Shown here piece by piece: positions 25,787 through 34,586 of a stretch of 64,000 nucleotides of DNA. This DNA is from an uncultured bacterium. Its GTDB lineage: Bacteria > Desulfobacterota_D > UBA1144 > Nemesobacterales > UBA2774. The notes under the pieces were generated by a model, which worked only from the letters and a program-made list of their open reading frames with translations, had not been told where the DNA came from and ran no database searches. The DNA lies in the NCBI GenBank assembly GCA_963825135.1, contig CAWGRW010000009.1:2091301-2155300 (forward strand), read 5' to 3'. Numbering within the stretch: the first letter of the stretch is position 1; the number at the start of each line of letters is the position of its first letter. Both the position numbers and the translations under genes were made by a program.

Positions 25787-26494
25787 CTAGTGCGCCAGGG
25801 GTGCGGGATGAATAACGAGCGGGGCGGGCTGTCTTACGAGGGGCGCCGGGTGATTGACGAGCGGAGCGGACTGCCCTACGAGGGGAGCAGGTTGGATAAC
25901 GAGCGGGGCGGGCTGACGTACAAGCGGCGAGGGCTGCTCAACGAGCGGATATCCCTGGTCGACGAGAGGCCGGGCCTGCTCGACTAGAGGGTATGGTTGG
26001 CCGACTAGGGGTGCTGTATGTTCTACAAGAGGGCCGGGCCTGTCAACTAGCGGCGGGGGCTCGTCTACTAAAGGGTCGGGTTGTTCCACCAAAGGCGCCT
26101 GCTCGTCCGATAAAAACTCTTCATTTTCCTGGAACTCTTGCGGATCTCCGTCCTGATAATTTTCGGATTCGTCTCCATATGTATCAGGGTCCTCAACGTA
26201 GGGCTCGGTTTCGTCGACAGGCGGGTTGGGCTCGGAGGCTGTGCCGTCCGCGGACTGCGCGTCGTCTTCAATTTCACCCGGCTCCCCCGCCTGGGTTACA
26301 TCGGGTACCGTAACCGGCGCAATGCCGCCTTCGTCGTATTGAACGCGTGTTCGACCGGAGTCGGAGGATAAAGCGGCCCCTGACGCAGGGATGAAATCAG
26401 TCGTTAGAATGAATAGGGAAATTCCCGCCGCGATTAGAAGCAAGTGAAAAAAAGACGGTTCTGCGCGGGCTGAGTGTTCGCTTGACTCTCTCAT
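25787..26494 (-). CDS. Exported acidic protein with 15 C-terminal heptad repeats (PLVxQPA)
   Basis: TM/signal segment, then an acidic region homologous to the neighbouring gene. PLV then recurs at exactly every 7th residue from aa 134 to 232 (last unit PLA). Confidence 0.65.
   Translation of the reverse strand: MRESSEHSARAEPSFFHLLLIAAGISLFILTTDFIPASGAALSSDSGRTRVQYDEGGIAPVTVPDVTQAGEPGEIEDDAQSADGTASEPNPPVDETEPYVEDPDTYGDESENYQDGDPQEFQENEEFLSDEQAPLVEQPDPLVDEPPPLVDRPGPLVEHTAPLVGQPYPLVEQARPLVDQGYPLVEQPSPLVRQPAPLVIQPAPLVGQSAPLVNHPAPLVRQPAPLVIHPAPLAH
25790..26098. repeat. 21-bp coding tandem repeat, about 15 units
   Basis: DNA underlying the PLVxQPA heptads. Units are degenerate at the nucleotide level. 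Confidence 0.8.
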
Positions 26495-26537
26495 TGTGCG
26501 TTATTACTGCTTTCAGGACTTATCGTAGGGATATAAT

Positions 26538-26966
26538 TCATTCCTTGATCGGCGTCGCCGATATTACCTGTATATCGCCCAAGTCATAGTTCTGGTTCCC
26601 GGCTCCCACGGTTAAGCCGCCCTTCAGATATGTGTTCTTGCTTTTTGGCGGGAGCGTGACAGGCAGCATCCCGGTGGATGTGGCAATGATTCCGGCGGCG
26701 GGCTGTGAATACGAGGTGTAAATGAGATTCACGCGTATGTCCCTGTACGGAACGTCGGCTGTGTTCTCTATCGTGACGGAGCTCAGTATCGCGACCCTGG
26801 CGGCTGTATAAAAGGACCAGTCCGTGATCTTTATGTACCACTCGGGATGAAGCACCTGGTTGCTGTCATAGCTGAATTTATCCGAATCGACGGGGTTCTG
26901 GGCGTAAGACATCGTGCATATGCATATGAATGCCAGAGCGAACAGCATCTTTCCGAGGTTTTTCAT
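26538..26966 (-). CDS. Hypothetical exported protein
   Basis: Start trimmed to MKNLGKMLFALAFICICTMSYAQ, a signal peptide. No recognised family. Confidence 0.5.
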   Translation of the reverse strand: MKNLGKMLFALAFICICTMSYAQNPVDSDKFSYDSNQVLHPEWYIKITDWSFYTAARVAILSSVTIENTADVPYRDIRVNLIYTSYSQPAAGIIATSTGMLPVTLPPKSKNTYLKGGLTVGAGNQNYDLGDIQVISATPIKE

Positions 26967-27048
26967 AACGCAAAGTGTAATCAATAATATTTGCATATTC
27001 CACAAATATATATATGCGGGCAAGCGGGCTATCCTCTAATCGCCGAAC

Positions 27049-27726
27049 ATGGGATATAATGTTTTAACTTCAGACGACATGAAAAAGAATCTCCTGATAA
27101 TATTGACACTTGCAGCCGCAATTGCCGGGTGGGCCCTGTTGGCGTATATGTTTCATAACTATGACTTAAGGGAGAAATACTACGGCAAGGCTTACAGCAG
27201 GCAGGCCCCGGATTTCAACCTCATCGATCAGGACGGGCTCCCCATATCCCTCAAGCGGTTCCGCGGTAAAGTGGTGCTCTTGGAGTGGGGGTACACGAAC
27301 TGCCCCGATGTATGTCCCGTAACCCTATCGAAGCTGAAAAAAGTGATGGAGGAGCTTGGTAACCGATCTGCCGATGTGCAGGTCCTCTTTATAACCGTTG
27401 ACCCCGAGAGGGATACGCCAGAGAGGTTAAAAGAATACATACCTTACTTCAATAAGGACTTTATAGGCGTGACGGGGACACCGGAAGGGATAAAAAAAAC
27501 GGCCAGGGATTACGGGGTTACAATTGTGAAGCACGAGGAAGTTTACGGGAGGAGCGAGAAGGACCACTGGGACAAGTACCTCATGACCCATACTAACACT
27601 GTATTTCTCGTCGACGGGGACGGCACGCTGCTCTTGACGTACCCCCATTACCTGCTCGAGCCCGCAAAAATCACTTCCGATATTAAAAGGCTATTGCGGG
27701 AAAAGGAAAAAATCCCTACACTGTAG
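27049..27726 (+). CDS. SCO1/SenC-family copper chaperone (thioredoxin fold)
   Basis: CPDVCP motif, with F.LIDQDG.P and VLL.WGYT upstream of it and FITVDPERDTPE downstream. TM anchor present. Alternative start at ATG 27079. Confidence 0.85.
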   Translation: MGYNVLTSDDMKKNLLIILTLAAAIAGWALLAYMFHNYDLREKYYGKAYSRQAPDFNLIDQDGLPISLKRFRGKVVLLEWGYTNCPDVCPVTLSKLKKVMEELGNRSADVQVLFITVDPERDTPERLKEYIPYFNKDFIGVTGTPEGIKKTARDYGVTIVKHEEVYGRSEKDHWDKYLMTHTNTVFLVDGDGTLLLTYPHYLLEPAKITSDIKRLLREKEKIPTL

Positions 27727-27754
27727 ATATAGTGAATTCGGGACAGGAGGATAC

Positions 27755-29224
27755 ATGCGATACCACGCCGGAGCCGCAGGCACATTATTAATAATTTTCA
27801 TCATTTCCTTTTTGTCGGTAAGCGGATGCGAAACCACCCATCATAAGCCTGACGGAGAGGCCTTTCACAATCCTCCCATTATATCCAGCGTAGGAGGAGT
27901 GATCGACGAGGACTTCGATGTCCTGTTCTCTCAGAACGAAGTAAACGGAAAACAGTTCGTGAGCCCAACTTACAACGGCGAATATACGCCGCCTGTGCTA
28001 AGGGTGAACCCGGGCGATACGATAAGGCTCAGGGTACACAACCTGATAGACCAGATGACGAACGTCCATTATCACGGCATGAATGTAAGCCCCTTGAGCC
28101 CTTCTGACGATATATTCATCATGATAACGCCGTCAGGGAGCTTCGACTATGAAGTCCAGATCCCCGATGACCACCCTGTAGGTATGTTCTATTATCATGC
28201 CCACCTTTTCGGTCTCACGGAATATCAGATTATGAGCGGACTTTCGGGGGGGCTGATCGTCAACGGAGTGCTCGCCCCGTTCCCTCAGCTCCAGGGCGTT
28301 AAGGAGCAGATCATGTACCTGAAGGACGTGCAGATAATAGACGGTCAGGTGCCGCAGGGAGATGATATAGATATTAGCGCGCCTACGAACCCAACGGTCA
28401 ACGGACAGACGAACCCGGTGCTGACGATACGACCCGGCGAGACGCAGTTCTGGCACATCGCCAATATCGGCGCCGACCACTACTATGACCTGGTACTCGA
28501 AGGCCATCAGTTCTATGAAATTGAAAGAGACGGCAACAGGCATAACCAGACCGTGGTAAAGGACGAGGAATACATGCCGACCGCTTCCCGTGTCGGGGTT
28601 CTGGTCCAGGGCGGCAAGCCGGGGACATACAGGCTGAGGGCGAGGAAAATAAGCACCGGTCCCCAGGGAGACCAATACGGAGGAGAGACTGTGCTGACGA
28701 TGGTCGTCGAGGGCGACCCCGTCGAGAATCCGATCGAGCTTCCAATTTCCCAGGCCGAATTTCCTGTCGTTGAGAATCTGTGCGACCAGCCGGTCCAGAG
28801 GAGCAGGAATTTCGTATTCTCCGAAACCGAGGACGGGGACACCTTCTTCATTAACGGCAAGGAATTCGACCCCGAGCGTGTGGATACTGTGGTGCATATC
28901 GGGGGCCTCGAAAGATGGACGCTTCAGAATACGTCTCAGGAGCTCCATGTATTCCACATTCACTTGACGGACTTTCAGGTATGCGAGATCAACGGTGTTG
29001 AGCAGCCGTTCATAGGGTATCAGGATACCGTGAACCTGCCTTATGAGGGACAGGACCCGGACTTTGACGGGCCCGGTGAAGTCGTGGTAGTCATCGATTT
29101 CAGGAACCCCATAATAGAGGGCAAGGCGGTTTACCATTGCCACATCGGACAGCACGAGGATAACGGAATGATGGCCGTGTTCGAGGCTTGTTTTGCCGAC
29201 GACTGCCCTCCCGAGGAGATGTAA
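27755..29224 (+). CDS. Multicopper oxidase, lipoprotein
   Basis: Copper ligand motifs HYHGM, YHAH, HIHLTDFQV and HCHIGQHEDNGMM. Lipobox SVSGC in the N-terminus. AGGAGG RBS. Confidence 0.85.
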   Translation: MRYHAGAAGTLLIIFIISFLSVSGCETTHHKPDGEAFHNPPIISSVGGVIDEDFDVLFSQNEVNGKQFVSPTYNGEYTPPVLRVNPGDTIRLRVHNLIDQMTNVHYHGMNVSPLSPSDDIFIMITPSGSFDYEVQIPDDHPVGMFYYHAHLFGLTEYQIMSGLSGGLIVNGVLAPFPQLQGVKEQIMYLKDVQIIDGQVPQGDDIDISAPTNPTVNGQTNPVLTIRPGETQFWHIANIGADHYYDLVLEGHQFYEIERDGNRHNQTVVKDEEYMPTASRVGVLVQGGKPGTYRLRARKISTGPQGDQYGGETVLTMVVEGDPVENPIELPISQAEFPVVENLCDQPVQRSRNFVFSETEDGDTFFINGKEFDPERVDTVVHIGGLERWTLQNTSQELHVFHIHLTDFQVCEINGVEQPFIGYQDTVNLPYEGQDPDFDGPGEVVVVIDFRNPIIEGKAVYHCHIGQHEDNGMMAVFEACFADDCPPEEM

Positions 29225-29281
29225 CGGGGCTTGAACTTGATCTGATGTGTTAGATTATAATTGACTGGCAACCATCTGGAA

Positions 29282-29677
29282 TTATGCTATTTTCTCGGAA
29301 GCGAGGGTTTCCAGTTGCTTCATAGTTGCGAGGACGAGTTCTTTTAGCCCGGCTCCTGTTGCGGAGGATACGGGGCAAATCGTGATTCGCTTTTTATCGA
29401 AATATTTTTTGACCTCTTTGAGCTTCTCTCTAGCTTCCGTAATGTCTATCTTATTGGGCGCGACGATCTGGGGTTTCCTCGAAAGCTCCGCGCTGTAAGC
29501 TTCGAGCTCCCTGTTCAGGGTCTCGTAATCGTCGAGAGGATCCCTTCCCGTATCCGGAGAAAGGTCGATGAGGTGTATGAGAATCTTCGTGCGCTCGACG
29601 TGCCTCAAGAACTGGATGCCGAGTCCGGCCCCTTCATGAGCGCCTTCAATAATGCCCGGGTATATCGGCGATAACAA
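29282..29677 (-). CDS. obg: Obg GTPase, C-terminal fragment (gene split by frameshift near 29655-29660)
   Basis: [30 protein letters not shown]...APNKIDI...VSSATGAG; G3-G5 region of Obg. Confidence 0.85.
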   Translation of the reverse strand: MLSPIYPGIIEGAHEGAGLGIQFLRHVERTKILIHLIDLSPDTGRDPLDDYETLNRELEAYSAELSRKPQIVAPNKIDITEAREKLKEVKKYFDKKRITICPVSSATGAGLKELVLATMKQLETLASEKIA

Positions 29678-30305
29678 ACGTTTTTCCGTCCCCGTAGCTT
29701 ACCACCCCAAGGTTCGGTACGAGCGTCGTGAAGGGGTAATCCGCGACCTTCGGTCGTGCGGCCGATATTCTGGATATGAGCGTGGATTTCCCGGCGTTCG
29801 GAAACCCTATTATGCCCACGTCCGCGAGGAGTTTCAGCTCGAGGAGTAATGTCTTCTCCTCGCCTTCGCCGCCGGGCTCGGCTATCTTCGGCGCCTGGTT
29901 GGTCGATGTCGCAAACCGGGCGTTTCCTTTGCCGCCCCTGCCGCCTTTCGCGACGAGCAGCGTTTCATCCTTTTCAGTAAGGTCTCCGAGGACCTCACCC
30001 GTTCCGAAGTCCCTGACAATCGTTCCCATTGGCACAGGGATGTGGAGCGTCTCGGCGTTTTTCCCGTGCATATCCTTTCCCTTTCCGTGCTCGCCTCTTT
30101 TCGCCCTGTAGTGCTGCTTGTATCTGTGGTCGAGGAGTGATGTCATGTTTTCATTCGTTATGACCACTACGTCGCCGCCGTTTCCGCCGTCCCCCCCGTT
30201 CGGGCCGCCGTGCGGGACGTACTTCTCCCTCCTGAAACTAACGCAGCCCCTGCCTCCGTCCCCGGACTTCACGTATATCTTCGCTTCATCAATGAACTTG
30301 ACCAT
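29646..30305 (-). CDS. obg: Obg GTPase, N-terminal fragment (frameshift-split)
   Basis: [46 protein letters not shown]..., the Obg fold, then GFPNAGKST (G1) and FVIADIPG. The frame then ends in HY-stop. Confidence 0.9.
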   Translation of the reverse strand: MVKFIDEAKIYVKSGDGGRGCVSFRREKYVPHGGPNGGDGGNGGDVVVITNENMTSLLDHRYKQHYRAKRGEHGKGKDMHGKNAETLHIPVPMGTIVRDFGTGEVLGDLTEKDETLLVAKGGRGGKGNARFATSTNQAPKIAEPGGEGEEKTLLLELKLLADVGIIGFPNAGKSTLISRISAARPKVADYPFTTLVPNLGVVSYGDGKTFVIADIPGHY

Positions 30306-30478
30306 GGGCTGTTATTATAATCGATTATTAAGAATATTCCGGCGAAGACCAAATCGGGTCGTCACGGAGAAAGCGCGTCGAGCTGTAATGTATAATTAAA
30401 ATGGTCGTACGAGACAGCAGACTGTATAGCTCAGTTTGAAACTGTTTAGAAAAATAAACCCTTCGGGAGAGAAACCAA

Positions 30479-31276
30479 ATGTCCAAATCTACTTCGAGAC
30501 AGCACGGATGGACGTCGTCTTCGGAAAACCGGGAGCCCGTGCCCGAGCCCTCTTATGCGGAGCGAGTCAGGACACTCGTATACAGGAACAGAACAGGGAC
30601 GCTATCGACGAATTCTAAGAAGCACCCGGGCTCGCCCTTCGGCTCGCTCATGCCTTACGGGCTCGACGCCAAAGGGCGTCCTATACTCCTTATCAGCACC
30701 ATGGCCGTGCATACTCAAAACCTCGAGCGCGACCCGCATGCGAGTCTCTTTATATCGCAGACCGATACCCAGGGAGACCCGCTCGACGCATCGCGCGTTA
30801 CGCTGATCGGCGGGGTGTCGAAGGTCCCCGGGGGCGAGACCGGCGAGGCCAGGGAGCTTTATCTCTCCCGCTACAGAAACGCCAGCTACTGGGTCGATTT
30901 CGATGATTTCTTTTTCTACCGCATGGATATCGCGGATATTTATTTCGTGGGCGGCTTCGGCGCGATGGGGTGGGTGACCGCGGAAGAATATTACGGGGCC
31001 GGAGTCGATCCGCTCGCGGACGACTCTCAGGGGATAATCTGGCATATGAACGAGGATCACCGTGACGCGCTCTTACTACTCGCGAAGGGGTTCGCAGGAG
31101 TGAACGCGGAAGAGGCCTCGATGACGTCTGTCGACAGGTTAGGATTTCACTTGCGGCTCAGGGCGGGCTCCGAGGTGTTCAGCAGGCGGATCGGTTTTAT
31201 CAGGGAGGCGAGGAGCAAGGAGGAGGCCCGGGAAGTGATCGTGGAAATGGTGAGGCGCGTGAGGGAAGGAGAATAG
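30479..31276 (+). CDS. Pyridoxamine-5'-phosphate-oxidase-like / DUF2470 protein (HugZ/haem-utilisation-like)
   Basis: ARTLVYRNRTGTLST....GSPFGSLMPYGLD..GRPILLIS..A.HT.NL..DP.ASL, plus a C-terminal MNEDH...L segment typical of DUF2470. Confidence 0.6.
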   Translation: MSKSTSRQHGWTSSSENREPVPEPSYAERVRTLVYRNRTGTLSTNSKKHPGSPFGSLMPYGLDAKGRPILLISTMAVHTQNLERDPHASLFISQTDTQGDPLDASRVTLIGGVSKVPGGETGEARELYLSRYRNASYWVDFDDFFFYRMDIADIYFVGGFGAMGWVTAEEYYGAGVDPLADDSQGIIWHMNEDHRDALLLLAKGFAGVNAEEASMTSVDRLGFHLRLRAGSEVFSRRIGFIREARSKEEAREVIVEMVRRVREGE

Positions 31277-31282
31277 CCCTTT

Positions 31283-32261
31283 ATGAGAAAAAGGAACGCT
31301 ATAATACTTGGCGCCGGGGTGTCGGGTCTTACATGCGGGGTCAGGCTATTGGAGCAGGGGGTTGATGTCAGGGATAGCCGCCTATTCGCTCCCCCCGAAT
31401 ACCACATCGGATGTCGCGCCGGCGTACTGGTATCCGTATAAGGTCGCGCCCCGGGACAGGGTGCTCGGCTGGGCGGCCTTTTCGTACGGGAGGTTCGTCA
31501 ATCTGAGCCTTATCCCCGAAACCGGCATCTCGATGTCCCCTCTGCTCAAGATATTCGATGAGAAAGTAGAAGAGCCGTTTTGGAAAACCGCGGTGAGTGC
31601 GTTCCGAAGGGCAGGGCCGGAGGAGCTTCCTCCGGGCTATGTGGACGGGTTCGTCACGGAAGTGCCGCGTATAGAGACCCCGGTATATATGCGGTACCTC
31701 CTCAATAGGTTTACTGAATTGGGTGGGGTATTGGAAAAGCTCGACAGGGAAGTGGTTTCCCTCGAGGATATTTCGGGAGACAGGCGGTTACTCATTAACT
31801 GTGCCGGGCTCGGAGCGGGGAAATTATGTCGAGACGAAAACACCTTTTCGATCCGCGGGCAGATAGTGTTGGTGAGGAATGTCGGTTTGAATCGTATTAT
31901 CAGCGTAGAATCGGGGAAGCTCGCCCCTATCTACATAGTGCCCCGGAACGAGGACTGTGTTCTCGGAGGGACAGCGGAAGAGAATGACTGGAATCTGAGT
32001 ATTGACCCCGAAACCTCTGACAAAATATTGGAGAAGTGCATCGCAATCGAGCCCCCGCTGGCAGATGCGGAGGTTATCGGCCATAGGGTCGGGCTCCGCC
32101 CTGGAAGGTCGGAGGTAAGGCTCGAGATCGAAGATCTGCCCGGCGGCAGGGCCCTAGTACACGACTACGGCCATGGTGGTGCGGGGTTTACGCTATCGTG
32201 GGGCTGCGCCGAGGAGGTGTATAAGCTCGCGGAGGATTTCTTTTCCCGAACCGGGAATTAA
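31283..32261 (+). pseudogene. D-amino-acid oxidase (DAO family), N-terminus displaced by a frameshift near 31370-31373
   Basis: Frame from ATG 31283 gives MRKRNAIILGAGVSGLTCGVRLLEQGVDVR (FAD Rossmann). The ORF-track frame continues IAAYSLPPNTTSDVAPAYWYPY...HDYGHGGAGFTLSWGCAEEV. Confidence 0.75.
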
Positions 32262-32431
32262 TCACGGAATCTCCGCGTTATTCTTTCGATTGGATCAACC
32301 GTTAATGCAGTTTATACAAAGTATTTGGCGTTCTCCGTTAAAACATTAGACTCGGTGGTTGAAATGGTATCGAAAGATATACTGCCCGCTTTCAGGGATT
32401 GAGCGATCGGGGCTGATACCCGCGTAAAGTT

Positions 32432-32854
32432 TTATTCCTTGACGTTTGCCTGCTTCGCGACTTCAAGCTGCATTACGTTCTCGAGCACATCCGCCCAGTA
32501 GCGCCACCAGTAGGAGTTTTGCTTGTGCGCGTTCTTCTGGACGTCTGCCCACGATATCACCTGATGTATGTCTCCGTGAAAGAGGAAGAGCTTCTCTGCA
32601 GCGTCTTTGGCCTCATCCGGGTCGACCTGGATTTTATCGAGCTGTGTTTCTATCTGGTTTTTTATTTCGTCTATATACGGGCTTATCTTGTCGGAAAGCT
32701 CTTTTATCGCTTCGGTAGCCTGGATCAAGTCTCCTTCGAGGTCTTCCGAGTTTTTATTAATAACATCGACGAAGTCGAGGATTTTATCTGCGTTGAGTCT
32801 GGCTTTCGTGCTCTCTTTCGAAAGGTCTGTAAGCTCTTTAGCGTTAAGGGCCAT
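32432..32854 (-). CDS. Hypothetical helical protein
   Basis: 140 aa, charged and helical, with Trp-rich C-terminus SYWWRYWADV. No recognised family. Confidence 0.5.
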   Translation of the reverse strand: MALNAKELTDLSKESTKARLNADKILDFVDVINKNSEDLEGDLIQATEAIKELSDKISPYIDEIKNQIETQLDKIQVDPDEAKDAAEKLFLFHGDIHQVISWADVQKNAHKQNSYWWRYWADVLENVMQLEVAKQANVKE

Positions 32855-32924
32855 AATATTTCTCCTTTCTATGTTGTGTGGGAATTATAAGGTTAGCACT
32901 TTTTATCGAAAATAACAGTTTCGA

Positions 32925-33590
32925 TTAAGGGAGAATAGCCTTTAGCTCCTCGTCGGCCTGGGCTTTTTCTCCGAGCGCGGGTTCGAGCTCGATGGCCCTT
33001 TTCAGGTCTGAGACGGCCTTTTCGGGTTCACCCGCTCTGAGGAGAAGGCCCGCACGGTTATAGAGTGCGTCCGAGTAATCGGGGTCGATCTCGAGCGTCC
33101 TGTCGTAAGCCTTGAGCGCTCCTTTTAGCTTGTCCAGATTCTGGAGCGATACCGCCTTGTTATACCAGGCTTCGACGTAATTCCCCCGTATGGCTATAGC
33201 CCTGTCGTACGCCTCGATCGATTCGAGCTCTTTGCCTAACGCGCTGAGAGCGGCTCCCTTGTTGCACCATGCAACGGGGAAACCGGGATTCAGCTCTACA
33301 GCCTTAGCGGCGGCTTCGAGCGCGGCTTCGTATCTGCCAAGCCTCCCCAGAGCGGACGCCTTGTTGTTCCAGGCCTCTGCGTAACGCGGATTTATAGTTA
33401 ACGCATTGTCGTAGGCCCTGATTTCATCTTCCGTGCGGCCCATGACCGAGAACGTAATGCCCTTGTTGTACCAAGCCTCCGCGAAATCGGGGTTAAGCTC
33501 GATCGCTTTATCGAGCGCCTCGATCGCGCGGTCGAATTCGCCTTTGTAATAATAATCGGTCGCTTCTAATACGAGATCTTCGGGGTTCAT
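32925..33590 (-). CDS. TPR-repeat protein
   Basis: About six consecutive 34-aa repeats of the form AEAWYNKG..L..LGRYEEAI.AYD.AL.I.P. Confidence 0.9.
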   Translation of the reverse strand: MNPEDLVLEATDYYYKGEFDRAIEALDKAIELNPDFAEAWYNKGITFSVMGRTEDEIRAYDNALTINPRYAEAWNNKASALGRLGRYEAALEAAAKAVELNPGFPVAWCNKGAALSALGKELESIEAYDRAIAIRGNYVEAWYNKAVSLQNLDKLKGALKAYDRTLEIDPDYSDALYNRAGLLLRAGEPEKAVSDLKRAIELEPALGEKAQADEELKAILP

Positions 33591-33600
33591 CGCATGTCCG

Positions 33601-34446
33601 TTACCTGACCGGCCTGTATACCACCAGTCCGGGCTTATTTTTCATGTATTCGCTCAGGTTTTCATCGACGACCTTTTGATTCTTTTCCTTCGATGACGCG
33701 TGCCTTAAGAAAGCCTTGCCGTTTTTCTTGATGACCATCCCTGAATGAGAGACGTCGAGACCTTCCTTCTCGGTGTATATGCCGACGAAGTCGCCGGTCA
33801 TAAGATTGCTCAAAACGGATGCGTCGAGTGCGTCCGAAGGTATATAGTAAATGGTCCTGCTTACTACGGGGATTCCCGGCAGGTAATACGTGCCGTCGCC
33901 TTTACGGTTCAGGTATTTCGATGCCTCCATTGTTTTATCTCCGCCCAGGGCTGAAGTCACGTCCTTTATATATGTGGAATTGTATACAGGCCAGTCGGAT
34001 AAGAAATGATTCCTGTTAGGAAACGCGACAACGCCGTTACGGTACCTTATCTTCCTGAGCGTGTCCTTAAATTCCGGGAACGACCCGGAAAGGCTCATGG
34101 CCTCGACGTAATCAATGAACGTGAAGCAGTCCATGCCCTCGAGGTCGATCGTGAATACTTCGGGGGTTTTAATGTCCCCGGTGAGTGTCGAGCCCGCGTA
34201 CGGCGTGCCGATAAATTTACCCGATATAAAATTTATCCGGTCGCCTGCGCCCCCGAGTTTCGAGGATTCGGTCATGATTTCGGTAAGGCCGCCCTCGGTC
34301 CATTTGCCGAGCTCGATAACCTCCGTCATGTTCTCACCTGCTCCTGCCTCGGCGTAAGCGACGAACGATGCGAGACAGCACACTACTGCCAATGTGATAG
34401 ATAGGATACGTAATTGCGAAAAAATCATATGCGGCCCTGTGCTCAT
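33601..34446 (-). CDS. DUF1460-like (amidase-like) exported protein
   Basis: Signal peptide, then FIGTPYAGSTL...EVFTIDLEGMDCFTFIDYVEAMS, as remembered for DUF1460. Confidence 0.5.
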   Translation of the reverse strand: MSTGPHMIFSQLRILSITLAVVCCLASFVAYAEAGAGENMTEVIELGKWTEGGLTEIMTESSKLGGAGDRINFISGKFIGTPYAGSTLTGDIKTPEVFTIDLEGMDCFTFIDYVEAMSLSGSFPEFKDTLRKIRYRNGVVAFPNRNHFLSDWPVYNSTYIKDVTSALGGDKTMEASKYLNRKGDGTYYLPGIPVVSRTIYYIPSDALDASVLSNLMTGDFVGIYTEKEGLDVSHSGMVIKKNGKAFLRHASSKEKNQKVVDENLSEYMKNKPGLVVYRPVR

Positions 34447-34586
34447 GAAGACCTCTTTTGGTGATCGTAGAAGTGTACCAGTACGCCGGGCCTAAAGGAA
34501 CTGTCGGCCGTCATGAGAACGATGTGCCTTCACGGTCGTTTATATTGCAGTCCGCAAGCAGCGAGTTTAGCCCTATTGAATGTCTT

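Noticed and set aside
25790-26098. Regular 21-bp periodicity that might suggest a CRISPR-like or non-coding array
   Set aside because: The period is far too short for repeat-spacer units and there are no unique spacers. It sits in frame inside an ORF and encodes heptad repeats.
28133-29155. 340-aa minus-strand ORF
   Set aside because: Antisense shadow of the multicopper oxidase gene, whose four copper-ligand motifs are intact.
29646-29677. Programmed ribosomal frameshifting or recoding as an explanation for the split genes
   Set aside because: The six sites share no slippery heptamer or downstream structure. They lie in unrelated genes for which I know of no recoding. Simple insertion errors explain all of them.
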